Shown piece after piece: positions 10,934 to 23,840 of a stretch of 64,000 bases of DNA. The notes under the pieces are model-generated. The model did not search any database, had not been told where the DNA came from, and worked only from the letters and a program-made list of their open reading frames with translations. The stretch lies in the NCBI RefSeq assembly GCF_011745625.1, contig NW_027191459.1:620001-684000 (forward strand), in the 5' to 3' direction. Made by a program: the position numbers and the translations under genes. Source of the stretch: Cladosporium halotolerans (lineage: Eukaryota). Numbering within the stretch: position 1 is the first letter of the stretch; the number at the start of each line of letters is the position of its first letter.

Positions 10934-11793
10934 GGTGGGCGGGCAGGAGGGCGTGGAGGTGGGAGGAGGTATAGGCGGTTGCGGAGGCTGGTACGGGTCG
11001 CTGGAATGAGAATGCTGGCTAGGCCGTGATGGGTGGTGTGTTTCTGGAATGCTGCGATAGTGTTGAAACGAATGTTTCTGGTGGTTCGCGGTGAGACGGC
11101 TCGGCCGATGTCTTGTGTGCGGCCAGAGGCAACAACTGCGGTTGCCGGGCAACGCTGGCGGGTTGCGTCAGGCATGGGGGCGACCCATGTTGGCCGATCG
11201 CGCCCAGGCCACCGACGACGTTATTACGCCGTGGCTGAAACGTGGTATTTCCTCGCATCGCCGGTGCCCGATTCAGGGCGCGGATGGGCAATCGCGGATC
11301 GGGGTGGCTCGGTGTGTAGATATCGATGTTGGCCGCATGCGCTTCACTGCCGCGTCTCCCACGCGCAAGCCCTCGCAGCCTCACAGCGTGGCGCGCGCAG
11401 CTGCCGATCAGCACACGGAGCGATCTGCCCCAGCTCTCAGCGCCGCTGGCCATGCTCGCCTGGCGCTGGCGCTGGCTCCAGCCCGCACCGCACAGCCCAC
11501 AGCCCACGCCAGATGAAATGCTCCTCGCCCGAATATTGTACATACTATAACCCGCTCGAGCCATCCGCCCTGCCGTCATCACCACCGCGCCCGCACCGCC
11601 GCTCCCACGCGCACCTGCCATGGCCGCATTCTAGCCGCCTGCATCTGCCTCGCTCGGTGCTCGCGTGTGTCGCCGTCGGCTCCTTGCACTGCACACGTGC
11701 CGACCCAGCCCATATCGGCCTGGCCTTATCGACATCCCCTCCTGCGCCCTCCGCCGCAGGCTTCAGATGCCCCGCTAGCCATCCACCACCTAT

Positions 11794-13504
11794 ATGTCCG
11801 GAGACAGGAGCCATGAGCGCGCCTGGTCGCGGACCCCGTCGCCTTTCAAAGCCCCCGACGCGGGCTTGAAGGGCGTCGACCACTATCAAACCCGCCTGCC
11901 GCGATGGCGCTACCGCCTCCGACAGTATCTGATCCCGATCGTCAGAAGTGAAACGCCTTCCCTGGCAAAGGTTCAGACGACATGTCGCTCCTCCGTGCTG
12001 GACTCGTACTTCGCCATGACCGCCAATCTGGGCACGCACACTTTTTTCATGGCCGCCCTCCCGATCTGCTTTTGGTGCGGTTTTCCAGGCGTTGGCATCG
12101 CCCTCGTGCACATGCTGGCCTTGGGTGTCTACTGGAGTGGCTATGTCAAAGACCTGCTGTGTCTGCCACGTCCTCTCTCGCCGCCCTTGCAGAGAATTAC
12201 GATGTCTGGCTCGGCCGCGCTCGAGTATGGCTTCCCGTCGACGCACACCACCAATGCTGTGTCCGTGGCACTTTTCTGCCTCTATCAGATCCAGGCTGCC
12301 AAAAGCGAGCTGTCGCCGCTGACCTACACCCTCTTGTCTGGAGCGTTTTACTGCTACGCGATCTCGATCAGTATCGGCAGGATCTACTGCGGCATGCACG
12401 GCTGGTTTGACGTAGTGTTTGGAGGACTACTCGGAGCGCTGATCACCTGGCTGAGGGTAACTTTTGGCCCCGCGCTCGATACATGGATTATCAGCGGCGA
12501 CTGGGTTCGACCGGCGACGGCAATTCTCGTGCTTGCGCTCGCAGTCCGTTTTCATCCCGAGCCGGCAGACAATTGCCCCTGTTTCGACGATAGCGTTGCT
12601 TTCATTGGTGTGGTGATGGGCATCAAGCTTGGCGTCTGGCATTACAGCTCAGGCGACGTTCGCTCTTTAGACAACGTGACCGCTCAATATGTGGCCGAGA
12701 CGACTCGTGCAGACGTTGGCAGAGGGGTGGCAAAGGTTCTGCTGGGCATCCTAATAATCTTCCTGTGGCGTGCGGCCATGAAACCTTTGTGCTTGCGGTG
12801 CCTGCCGCCAATCTTTCGCTTCGTAGATCACTGGGGCTTCAGGCTTCCCCGACGCTACTTTTTGCAAGCAAGGTATGTGAGATGTCTCAGAGTCTATCAA
12901 TCAGCTGTTAATGCTCCAAAGGTATTACAAGAACGTTCCACCCCTTCGCAAAGACGACAATGTGCTCCCGCCCGCCTCGGAAATCCCTGCAATGCTGTCT
13001 AAGACGCGCAAGCGAACCATCTCCGTCGGCCCACAATCTGAAGCAGACGTGAGAGAGTACATCGCCAACAGAGAGCAGAAGCGAAGAGACAGCCTCTCCT
13101 CCAGCACCACAGGCCACCGCCTGAACCGCAGCAATTCCAACGACGAGTACCTACGAACTCCTGGATCTAAAGACGGTGCTTTCAGCGAGACCGCAGACGG
13201 ACACCTCAGCCCGGCTTTATCGTCCGCTTCACGAAACAACAAGAAAAACATCTCGGGCCCTTCTCTGCAGCTCAAAGTCCCCGCGGACGAGGCTCCCGCG
13301 CCCTCGACGTCCGGCAACAGCAGCCCTTCGAGCGACAGCGGCAAAGAGGACGAGCAGAAGGACCGCCAGATGTTCTCTGCGCTGGAGAAGCCGCGCATCC
13401 GGTACGACGTTGAGGTCATCACCAAGCTGGTCGTTTATGCGGGTATTGCTTGGCTTGCCGTTGAGGGCAATCCGCTGTTGTTCGAATCGCTGGGTTTGCA
13501 GTAG
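11794..13504 (+). CDS. LCB3: Long-chain-base (dihydrosphingosine-1-phosphate) phosphatase, PAP2 family
   Basis: Exons 11794-12872 and 12922-13504. PAP2 motifs KDLLCLPRP, EYGFPSTH, GRIYCGMH; HPEPADNCPCFDDS; C-terminal RYDVEVITKLVVYAGI. Confidence 0.92.
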
Positions 13505-14499
13505 ATAGTTGTATATCTGGAGAAGACGAACTAATGTGCTGCCGCCGAGTTGGACATGTTCATAGCGTAAATTCATAGTAGAGGTTGGTCTACCGTAATC
13601 TACATAATCACAGCGTTTGATCACCGCCTGGACGTACGACCCTGTCGTGGAATGCTACATGTACCTGAGCTTAGTAATCATGCAAGTTTTCCCGCAGCGG
13701 TCACAGCCTACAGAACCATCGACCATTTACCGGGCTCGTGTCAAGCACATGTGTGACATTTGAGCATAGATGCCATTCGGTTCACCATCTGCATCCATCA
13801 AACTCTATTAATGACTGCGGAGGTAGGCAAGCAAGTCATGACGCAAAGCCAAACGTCATGCGTGGTCTGTCAACACTGCCCGCGCTCCACCGCACCACCG
13901 AATAGGAAAGGCAAGCCACCAGGCCACCCCATGTGCTGCGGTCAGAAACGCTAATGTCAGCGACAATTACAGTCAGCGAGAGCGAGACGGGCATTTGCAA
14001 ACAGCATTGGACATTTGAAATCATGCCGGACCACGGACGCGAGAAAAGCGCGCAGCTCGATTTGGTCTGGAACGCGTGAGCACGATGGCCTTGGGCGTAG
14101 CGAATGCGGCTACCTCGGCCGGCTCTTCTCTTCCACGCCATGCCATCAAGGGTTCCATTGACGGGCGAGACGGGCAGCTCTCCGCTCTGGCACGGCTTTG
14201 CTTCTGATTAGTTATGCCGCTCGCTGCCTGAGCCATTACGCTGCTATTACAAACTGCCGCGGAACTCTCTCCTCATCACATCCACAAGCTGGCATCAACC
14301 GCGTTGCCCAGGCACATGTACAGGCATTACTGTCACTCGACCCTGACCCTGCATCAGGAAAACACAAACCACATTCACACGCACTCCCTATAAACACCGC
14401 TGCCTTCTCCTACCTTGTTCCTGAACCCTGACGTAACCCTCCATCTCTTTCGTGCCCATTGAGTGCTCTCGCGTGCCTTTCGTCACATCCCGCGCGAAG

Positions 14500-17416
14500 A
14501 TGGGCTCCATCACCAACCCCCGCGCCGACTCCCCGCAAGAGGGCACGCCGAACATCATCGACATCAGGTCCGACGCCGCCAGCATCGAGCTCAAGCAACT
14601 CATCCTCGACGGCCTGCGGTCCGGGGAGCATGCTGGGGCGGAGAAGATTCTGCCCACGCTGCTGCTGTACGACAACGCCGGCCTGAAGCTGTTCGAGCGC
14701 ATCACGTACCTGGACGAGTACTACCTGACGGGCGACGAGATCGAGGTGCTGCGCAAGCACGCGGCGCAGATCGCCGAACGCGTCCCGGACAATGCCATGG
14801 TCGTCGAGCTGGGCAGCGGGTAAGGCTGTCTTTTTCTTTTTCTTGCGTTCCGTTCTCCTTCCCTTCTTTTCGATGGATGTTGCTCTCCTCCCGCTGGCGC
14901 GACGCGATTCACTGACCCCGTACAAGAAACCTGCGGAAGGTCAAGGTCCTGCTGGATGCGCTGGACGCCGCGCGGAAGAATGTCTCCTACTTCGCCCTCG
15001 ACCTCATGCAGTCCGAGCTGGAGCGGACTCTGGCCGCTATCCCCGAGGGCACTTTCAAGCACGTGAAGTGCTTTGGTCTCTTGGGGACGTACGACGATGG
15101 TCTCGAGTGGCTCAAGCAGGAAGAGAATGCCGCTCGACCGAAAGTCATCTTGTCTCTTGGTTCTAGCATTGGCAATTTCGATCGCCAGGACGCTGCCGGG
15201 TTTGTCAAGCAGTTTGCCGACATCTTGTCGCCTTCGGATCGTCTTCTCATCGGCGTGGACGCTTGCCAGGAACCGGAGAAGGTCTACAAGGCCTACAACG
15301 ATTCCGAAGGAGTCACGAACGAGTTTACCCTGAACGGCTTGAAACACGCCAACAAACTGCTGGGCCACGAAGCTTTCGCGCCAGGCGTGTGGGAAGCCAT
15401 CGGCCACTACGACGAAGAGGACGGCCGACACCAGGCATTCGTGTCTCCGAAGCAGGACGTCACAGTTGAAGGCGTGAAGATTCGCGCAGGCGAAAAGGTC
15501 CGCATCGAGGAGAGCTACAAGTACAGCCCCGCGCAGGCCGCGGAGCTGTGGCGGGCTTCCAACGTCATCGAGGGCGCAAGCTGGACCAACGATTCTGGGA
15601 GCTATCGTAAGTCGCATATTCACTCTTTTCTTCTTTAGAAAATTAAGCTTTCGTCGATCGGCACTTATCTAACATGTGCGTGATCGCTCGCAGGGCTGCA
15701 TATGCTTAATCGTCCCTCCGCCATGTTCCCCCGCGCCCCCGAGCAGTATGCCGCGCACCCCGTCCCGAGCATCGAGGAATGGACGAATCTCTGGAAGGCA
15801 TGGGACACTGTCACCAGGCAGATGATCCCCGACGAGGAGTTGAACGAGAAGCCCATCAAGCTTCGCAACGCCTGCATCTTCTACCTCGGCCACATCCCGA
15901 CCTTCCTCGACATGAAGATCGTCGAAGGCACGCAGCTCCCGCCCACGGACCCGGCCTACTACACCCAGATCTTCGAGCGCGGCATCGACCCCGACGTCGA
16001 CAACCCGGAGCAGGTCCACGCGCACAGCGAGGTCCCGGACGAGTGGCCACCGCTCGCGGAAATGCTGGACTACCAAGCCCACGTCCGCCAGCGGGTCAAG
16101 GACCTTTACCAAAGCGGCAGAGCGTACGACGAGCCCTGGACCGGCCGCGTGATGTGGCTCGGTTTCGAGCACGAGGTCATGCACCTCGAGACGCTGTTGT
16201 ACATGCTGCTGCAGAGCGACAAGACCCTGCCGCCCGCGGGCACGGTCAGGCCGGACTTCGAGCAGCTGGCTGTGCAGGCGGGGCAGGCAGCTGTGGAGAA
16301 CGAGTGGTTTGATGTGCCGGCGCAGAGGATCACGATCGGGATTGATGATCCGGACACGGCTGATGGACCGCTGCGCCACTTTGGGTGGGACGTTGAGAAG
16401 CCTGTTCGAGAGGTGGACGTGAAGGCTCTCAAGGCGAAGGGAAGGCCGATCACGAATGGAGAGTATGCTCAGTACCTGGTCGGCACTGGCAAGGACGCCT
16501 TGCCCGCGTCGTGGGGTTCTGGCGAGCAAGCCAATGGTTCGAGCAATGGCGCTCCGACCAACGCGAAGAACCTGGAGGCCTTCTTGCACGGCAAGACCGT
16601 TCGCACCGTCTACGGCTCTATCCCGCTCAAGTTCGCTCTCGACTGGCCCATGTCTGCCTCTTACGACGAGCTCGCGGGCTGCGCGGCTTACATGGGCGGC
16701 CGCATCCCGACCATGGAAGAGGCCCGCAGCATCTACTACTACGCGGACAGCATGCAGGCGAAGGAGGCGTCGCAGAAGCTTGAAAAGACGATCCCCGCCG
16801 TCAACGGGTAAGCAACACCCTGCGTCCCATCTCTACGATTCAAGAAGCACGCATCCACTAACACCCTTCCCAGCCACCTCGTCAACGACGGCGTTGAGGA
16901 ATCCCCGCCCTCTAAGCCTTCTCCCAACGGCTCCTCCAGCGCCGCAGCAGTCCCCAATCCCAACACCCTCTTCGTCAACCTCGAGAAGACGAACGTGGGC
17001 TTCAATCATTGGCACCCCGTGCCTGTCACCCAGGACGGCGACAAGCTCGCCGGCCAGGGCGGCATGGGAGGCCTTTGGGAGTGGACTAGCTCGGCGCTGA
17101 AGAAGCATGAGGGATTCGAGCCGATGAAGCTATACCCTGCTTACAGTGGTGAGTTTAAGTCGTGTTTTCTGAGACCGGAAGGGTTGTTGCTGATTGTTGG
17201 GTAGAGGATTTCTATGATGACAAGCATAATGTTGTGCTGGGTGGGTCGTGGGCGACTCACCCGCGGGTTGCTGGCCGTAAGACATTGTAAGTGCCTCTTG
17301 AGTGGATCATCCATCGTCTTTGTTAAGCCTCTGAGCTAACGCTATGTAGTGTCAACTGGTACCAGCGCAACTACCCGTATGCCTGGGCTGGTGCCCGTCT
17401 GGTCAAAGATCTGTGA
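14500..17416 (+). CDS. EGT1: Ergothioneine biosynthesis protein 1 (histidine methyltransferase + hercynine sulfoxide synthase)
   Basis: Six exons (introns 14820-14926, 15607-15693, 16808-16873, 17149-17204, ~17287-17349). EgtD domain (LLYDNAGLKLFERITYLDEYY, ELGSGNLRK, LGSSIGNF, IEESYKY), DinB-type FYLGHIPTF and HEVMH metal motif, FGE-sulfatase tail (GGLWEWT, GGSWATHPR, NWYQRNYPY). Confidence 0.95.
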
Positions 17417-18181
17417 TTACCCGTGCATAAGCCGTCCATGATCTAATTGTGAATGGGAAAAAAAGAATAACAGAATGCAAACAACCTAATTGGAAGGCTG
17501 AAGGAAAATCTACTGAGGGTTGATTGGCGTCTTGGGATCCTGGTATTGACCCGTTGTCCGTAACAATAACGAAGCACACGAACATTCACTGACAATAACA
17601 ACTTCAATGACAACCACACCTGCTTTCACCGCGAATTCCACGTGCTCAACAAAAGCCGCGCTCCCCCTTGTGCGTATTGAAGCCCCAGACTGTGCATTGT
17701 GACTGCTGTCAACCGCCTAAGGCCGCGCGCTCTCCCGAGACTCTTTTTCTAAAACACCGACGTCACCTTTGTAAACGCATTCTGTTTACAACTCGCACCA
17801 ACTGCTGCGACCACTCTTACCACATAACCTTCGCCTGTCTGGAGACATCTTCTAACACCACTCCACAACCAAGACGGACTCACCACCAGTCTGGAAAACG
17901 GACCAGGAACCATCTGCCATCACTCTAACTTCAACAAACACTCTTCGACTCCCGCTCCAACCTGCACTCTTCGCTCCAGAAGTGAAGTCTTATATACGCT
18001 AAGAAAACCTTGAACCCACACAAATATGAACAACACCCTCTCCCTTTTCAACATCCACTACTGCACCACCTCCGTCGAAGCAAGGCCGATTCGCATCCTA
18101 CGCAACATTCAACGAAGCGTCTTCACCAAAGCACCAGCAAGAAGTCTATTCTCATCAGAACTAGACGTCCGTTAAGCTACG

Positions 18182-19544
18182 ATGCCTATCGATTTCTTTC
18201 GCTGGGAGGAGGGCGGCGCCCTGGGTAGGTCCCTTACCGCTTTCTTCCTCCTCTTTCAAGGCCTCCATGCTGACTATCCAAACAGTCCACCACTGTCCGC
18301 AATGTCAAACTCCCTTGACCAACAAACGCTCGCAGCTCCGCTGCCTCGGACACCACGTCGAGTGGTGCAAGAACTACCACTGCCAACTGTTTAAGATCGG
18401 AGGCAGCTCGGTCTGCATGGGCTGCAACGGCAGCGACGAGCAAAGACTCAAGCGACACAGAGAGATCGCTGAACTAATCCAGGAGCTAGAACAACTCAAG
18501 AAGAACAGCCAGAATAAGTCAACACCCGAGACTCCCGTCAACCAACACATCCACAAGCCCGACCTCAACGGCTCATCGACCAAAAAAGCCCGCAAGGAGG
18601 CCAAACGCGCAGCCAAAGCCGCCGAGCGCGAGCCCATCGTAACCTCAAAGCGAATCGCAGAGATCAGCCACATCCTGCAACCCGAAGACACCGTCGACGA
18701 CGAGCGCGAATTCGCGCGCTCCCTGTTGCTCGACAAGAGCATCGAGAACAACGTCTTCTACCACGCCGGCACCGCCAACTCCCGCGAGATGCGCCTGCGT
18801 TTCATCAGCCAGGAGCGCAACGGCTTCTCGGAGCCCAAGCTGACCGACGAGGAGTTGGACAAGATCCTGGTAAAGCTGGAGGTCCCGGGCGCGGAGGGCA
18901 AGAGCCAGCGCGCGATCACGAAGACGCTGCGCGAGAAGATCGCCGTTGATTTTGAGCACAATCATCGCGAGGAGCAGGGGATGATGAGCCGCAAGGCGGG
19001 TTTCTGGCGCTGGGCGAGCCGCAAGGCGTATAATCGCCTCGTCGAGCACGGAAGTATCTGGGACCACAAGAGTGGAGCGAATCTCGCGCCTATTGGCGAG
19101 AATGAGGCGGAGAATGCCGCCGAAGCAGAGATCGGGCCCGAGGAGACAGCAAATGCCACAGCTGTCGAGGGCGCTGGCGACCATCAGATTGGCGCCATAG
19201 ATGATGGCCAGAGCGCGAAAACCGCTCCCACCACGGAGACCGCGGGCTCAGGAACTGCCACTTCCTCGAGCACATCCCGCGGTACTCCTCAGTCACCAGA
19301 TTCACGTGCTGGTGACTCGGCCACCGAGGAGAGCGGGGCCACTATCCGCAAGCCGAAGGCAGCCACGCCGAAGGCTACATTCAAGATGTCTGCAAATGGC
19401 GGCCTGGGCCATTTGCACAATATGGCGCCCAGGATGCTGCCTGACCTTTCTTCGCTCGCGCTCTCTAATGCTGGAGTGAAGCCAAAGATGGTGAAGTATG
19501 TTGAGGCCAAGCCGCCGAAGACTTCGCCATGGAAGGCTGTATAG
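18182..19544 (+). CDS. Hypothetical protein with N-terminal Cys/His-rich putative Zn-binding region
   Basis: Exon 18182-18224 splices (GTAGGT...CTGAC...CAG, 18225-18285) in frame into the 425-codon ORF; codon usage is gene-like. No family recognised. Confidence 0.8.
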
Positions 19545-19649
19545 CGGCCTTGAAATTGACGTCTGCGAATTGTGTTCTCATTGGAATAGGTCTGTAGCAA
19601 TAAAATTTGAGGGTTGAAGTCGGTGCACATGAAAACAGTAATGCCTAGG

Positions 19650-20014
19650 TTATCTGTGACGATCGCAATCATTGTTTCAAGCTTCAAGAGGTCGTTTTTG
19701 ACGTAAAATTGGGGCGTGATCGAGGTAAAGGTAGGATACGTTACTTCAGCTTTACAGGACATATCGTTATATATGAGAATGGTGATACCTGACGATCGTA
19801 TTCAATACCTGAAGCTTGGAAAAGCCGCTTCTAACGTAGTTTAGAGCGTAATTGAGTTAGGATATATTACTGCAGCTTTGTAGGCGACATCCGTATATAT
19901 GAGAATATCAACACCTGAGGATCGTATTCAATATCTGAAGCTTCATGCAGCCGTTACCACTTAGATGGACGTGGTCGAGGTAGGATATGTTGCTCCAGTT
20001 TTAGAGGCGACATT
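19650..20014. repeat. Degenerate tandem repeat, period ~123-126 bp, about 3 copies
   Basis: TAGGATA recurs at 19732, 19858 and 19981; GATCGTATTCAATA.CTGAAGCTT recurs at 19794 and 19920; TATATATGAGAAT occurs twice; a more decayed copy lies near 19660. Confidence 0.8.
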
Positions 20015-20449
20015 GACAGGTCGAATCTTGCATGGTTGATGCAATTGTTCGCTCAAGTCTTCGTAGCAAACAGGGAATGATGTCTGGTAGCATAGTGGGA
20101 GAGAGTTGTGGGCGTCTTGATCACATGCGCTCGGTATCGTTGATCATCATTCGATGGTAGAATCGATCGATTGAAGCCTTGTGATCATTGTCAACACTCT
20201 CGTCGATATGAGCTCTAAGAATTGATTGATTCTGGGGAAATAGATAAACAATCTTCATTTGACCCCTCGTGCCCCTCATTCTTGACCCCTCCATCGCAAA
20301 CAAGCTTTCTTCGCATGACTCGAAATTTGCCCTGTCCCTCCTCTCGTCAGAACATCGACCTACGTCCCGCACCGCTCTAGATCGAAGATGTGAGAATACC
20401 ACCCAACGTGTCCCATACCCAGGACCAAACTCCAAAAATTCATCACACA

Positions 20450-21499
20450 ATGGCTACACCACCCGCCGCCGCGCCCCGCGCGCCCAGCAGCGGCGCCTTC
20501 GACGTCGCGGAAGCCTACACGAAGCTGCTGGCCGAAGACCCCGACCTGACGATGCCCGTCGCGGCCATCGAAGCGCTCATCCTCGGTCTGGCCAACACGC
20601 CCGCCTCCACCGTCAGCGAAACCCTCGACCTCGTCTCCGACCTCACGGCCCGCCTGAAGCGCAGCGTCGCAAACCCCATCTCGCTCTCCGCCGGCACCGA
20701 CCTCTTCCAGCAGTACCTCATCAGCATCTTCCAGAAACCCTCGGCGCACGGCGACTTCGACCAGGTGCGCTCGCACCTCGTGCAGAACGGGCGATTGTTC
20801 GTCGAGCGCGCGAAGGCGGCGCGCGAGACGATCGCGGGGTTCGGGAAGCATTTCATTCGCGATGGGAATGTGGTGCTGACGAATGGCGGGTCGCGTGTGG
20901 TCGGCTCGCTGCTAAGGAGCGCGGCGGAGTCGAGCAATGCGAGTGGCCGCGGGAGTATCAGGTTCAAGGTCATTTATGTTGTGAGCGGGGAGGACGCGGA
21001 GGCGCAGGAGAATATTGCGGCGCTGAGGGAGAGGGATATCCCCGTTGCGACGATCCCGCCAACGGCGATTGCGTACTGCATGGATAGTGTTACGCAGTGT
21101 TTTGTGGGAGCTGAGGGTGTGGTGGAGAACGGCGGCATTGTGAGCCGGATGGGCACTTACCAGATGGGCATGCTGGCGAAGGCAACGGGCAAGCCGTTCT
21201 ACGTCGTGTCGGAGAGCCACAAGTTCGTGCGTCTGTATCCGCTCGGGCAGCGGGATTTGGGGATCGAGCAGAATGTGGTGGATTTCAGGACGGCGAAGGG
21301 GAAGGAAAGCGAGGATGCAAAGGAGGACGAGGGTGTGGCGGATATGGATGGCGCGAGCGCAGCGGGCGGCAAGGCGTTGTCGGGCGTGCAGGAGGCGGTC
21401 GATTACACACCGCCCGACCTCATTTCGGGCATCATCACGGAGTCTGGTGTGCTGCTGCCCAGTGCAGTCAGCGAGGAGCTGATCAAGATTTGGTTCTGA
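20450..21499 (+). CDS. GCN3: Translation initiation factor eIF2B alpha subunit
   Basis: DPDLTMPVAAIEAL, ISLSAGTDLF, LTNGGSRVV, VGAEGVVENGGI, ESHKFVRLYPL, DYTPPDLI...PSAVSEELIK. Confidence 0.95.
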   Translation: MATPPAAAPRAPSSGAFDVAEAYTKLLAEDPDLTMPVAAIEALILGLANTPASTVSETLDLVSDLTARLKRSVANPISLSAGTDLFQQYLISIFQKPSAHGDFDQVRSHLVQNGRLFVERAKAARETIAGFGKHFIRDGNVVLTNGGSRVVGSLLRSAAESSNASGRGSIRFKVIYVVSGEDAEAQENIAALRERDIPVATIPPTAIAYCMDSVTQCFVGAEGVVENGGIVSRMGTYQMGMLAKATGKPFYVVSESHKFVRLYPLGQRDLGIEQNVVDFRTAKGKESEDAKEDEGVADMDGASAAGGKALSGVQEAVDYTPPDLISGIITESGVLLPSAVSEELIKIWF

Positions 21500-22036
21500 G
21501 GTGTGGACTTGATTGCTGTTCTTGTCTGAGGTGGCATGCTGCATTACCGAAGACGAGAGCTACACATTCACGCAAATATCAAAAGGCACGACATTGCTCA
21601 CGGCCTGTCGACGTCCAGAGCATCTACAGAAGATGTACGCTGAACGAAAGACCAGTCTGATCCTCCTTGAAGCCATGCATGCGCATCGAGGGCAGTGAGA
21701 GGATCAAACAGACCAGGTCCAGTGGAAGTACGAAAGTGGAACGTTCACACGAAGATCATGGTAAGCAAAACCAAGTAGAGAATTGAAAAAAATCCATATG
21801 CATACAGGAGCTTCTTATTCCCGTGTCTGGTATCATCAATGCCAATCTCTGCCGTGAACCGCGATGCATTTTCAGCTGCAAACTCTCCCTGGACTTCCCA
21901 CCAAACTGTTCCGGTAAAATATTGAGACTGGGTCCTTTCGAACAGTAACGCCTTGCGAGAACGTGCTCCTTCGTCTTCGTACTGACAACCTTCGTACATT
22001 GCATTATCGTATCGCCTTCGCTGCTTCTGGGCCAAG

Positions 22037-23642
22037 TCAATCTTCGCCACCCAGCGCAGCGAGCTCGCGTTCGTTCTCCAGCAGCATTCTGCGCATCTTC
22101 TCCGCCTCGGCCTGCAACGCCGCGCGGCGCGCCTCCTTGTCCCTCTGCTGTGAGCTTTCGGCAGATGGCTCACGATTCCGGGCTGGCAAAGAAGGATCAA
22201 TGTTGTCGTTATTGGCAGATGACATGTTCTGTGCATGCGCGTAAGGCTCGACATGATCTCCAGCAGCAGCGGAGAAAGAGCGTTTGCGCGGGTTCGGAGA
22301 GGTTCTGGTGGCCTCGCCTTGTGGCAACGGTTTTCGCGAACGGAATGTGTCTGTGAAGTCCACTGGTATGGGGCCTCCAGCCATTCGAATGTCGGATTTG
22401 CTGTCTTGGTTGTGTTGAGTGGCGAAGGGAGGGCTTGGGACGTCGCTTGGTGCCATGGAGCGACGCTCTTCTTCAGCGGTTTCCGTAGTGTAAACGCTGC
22501 TTTGGTCGTCGGCGACGAGATGGTTTGGAACAACGCGTTTGCGACGCTTGATTTCGGCTTTCTTCATCTGGACTGGGCGATGGTGGCCATGGAGTTTGTG
22601 GTAAAGTCCTACAATATCGCGTCAGTCTTGCTTCGGCATGGTTCCGAGAGATCAAGGAAACTTACCGCAAGCGTTGCAAATGGTGTTTCCTGCTTCATCT
22701 CTTCTCCAAAGCGGTGTAATGGTGGTGCCGCAGTTTTGGCAAGCGATCATAACACTTTGTTGCACAGCTCCACCTTGTGTCTGCGAGCCTTCTCCTTGAC
22801 CCTGCTGGCCAGGCTCACGACTAGCTTGCCTCAGTGCAACTTGCGCTGTTTTCGATATACGGTTGTTGTAAGCTGGGCACCCGCTGCATCCGTCGTGTCC
22901 TCCTGTACCATTGCACCTTCCGCCACCAGGACACGTTCCTGCCGAAGTCTGGTCTGCTGAGACATACGTCGCGCCTCCTTGAATCGCGTTCGGTGAAGTG
23001 CCCCTCTCTTGTGTCTGGTTATCTGACGAGTATGTTGTGGAAGCTGCTCCTCTTTTTAGGCCAACAGGTCGCATCTGGTTGCGTGCTTTGTAGTAGAGAC
23101 CGCAGGCATTGCAAATAACGGCGCCGGTTGGTGATCGCCTCCAAAGTGGTGTTTTTGTGGTCCCGCAGTTGCTGTTGAAGTCAGTTAGGATGGTCGTGGT
23201 GCCTCAGTGATTCAGCCAATACATACCTGCACACCTGCCCACCTCCACCGCCGCTCACGTTCGGAGACTGTTGTGGTCTGGGCTGCTGTTGCTGGAGCGG
23301 TGTGAATTGCGCGACGGGCTGGTATGGACTAGGCGGCTGCGCTTGTGCTTGTGCTTGCGGTTGTGGTTGTGGTTGTATGTCGCGTGGTGTCTCGTCTGCT
23401 TTCTGTTGTTGCGGGCCATCGCTTAGAATCTGGCTCAAAGACTGAGGTGCTGGCTGCGCGTTGCCTTCTGGTCGCGAATTCTCGTGTGAAGGAACGCCCT
23501 GCGACTGGAAGCTCTGGAGTTGCCTGGCAATCTCGAGGTCTTGTTGCGACGGCTCGCGGTTGAGGACGGCGGGCATGTTGGCAGGTGGCGCGGACGCAGG
23601 AGTCGGTGTCGATGCAGGAGACTGCTCTGCTGCGAGCGACAT
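22037..23642 (-). CDS. sreA: Iron-responsive GATA repressor (SreA/Sre1/Urbs1 type)
   Basis: Exons 23642-23227, 23171-22666, 22608-22037. Two GATA fingers (CSNCGTTKTPLWRR...CNAC; CQNCGTTITPLWRR...CNAC) flank the Cys-rich GTCPGGGRCNGTGGHDGCSGCPAYNN iron-sensing region; C-terminal coiled coil. Confidence 0.95.
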
Positions 23643-23840
23643 GTTGGAACGGGTTGCTTGGTAGACTTGTTATTGGCACATCGAGTGGGCGCGAGTGGTC
23701 GAAGGAGGAGAGATTGTCGTTGAGCAGGGAAGTTGAGTGGACGTCGTGCTCCGCGAGTCCAGGCAGCCAGTTGCGCCTAACACAAACGGCACAGGCGATT
23801 GACCGGCGGGGGTGTATTCACAGAGATCTCAGCGGCCGAG

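Noticed and set aside
11033..11793. GC-rich ORFs between RHO4 and LCB3
   Set aside because: Low-complexity translations of a divergent promoter/UTR region.
14500..23642. EGT1 and sreA as an iron/redox gene cluster
   Set aside because: They are separated by unrelated genes (a hypothetical protein and eIF2B-alpha), and I saw no SreA site in the EGT1 promoter; proximity is probably incidental.
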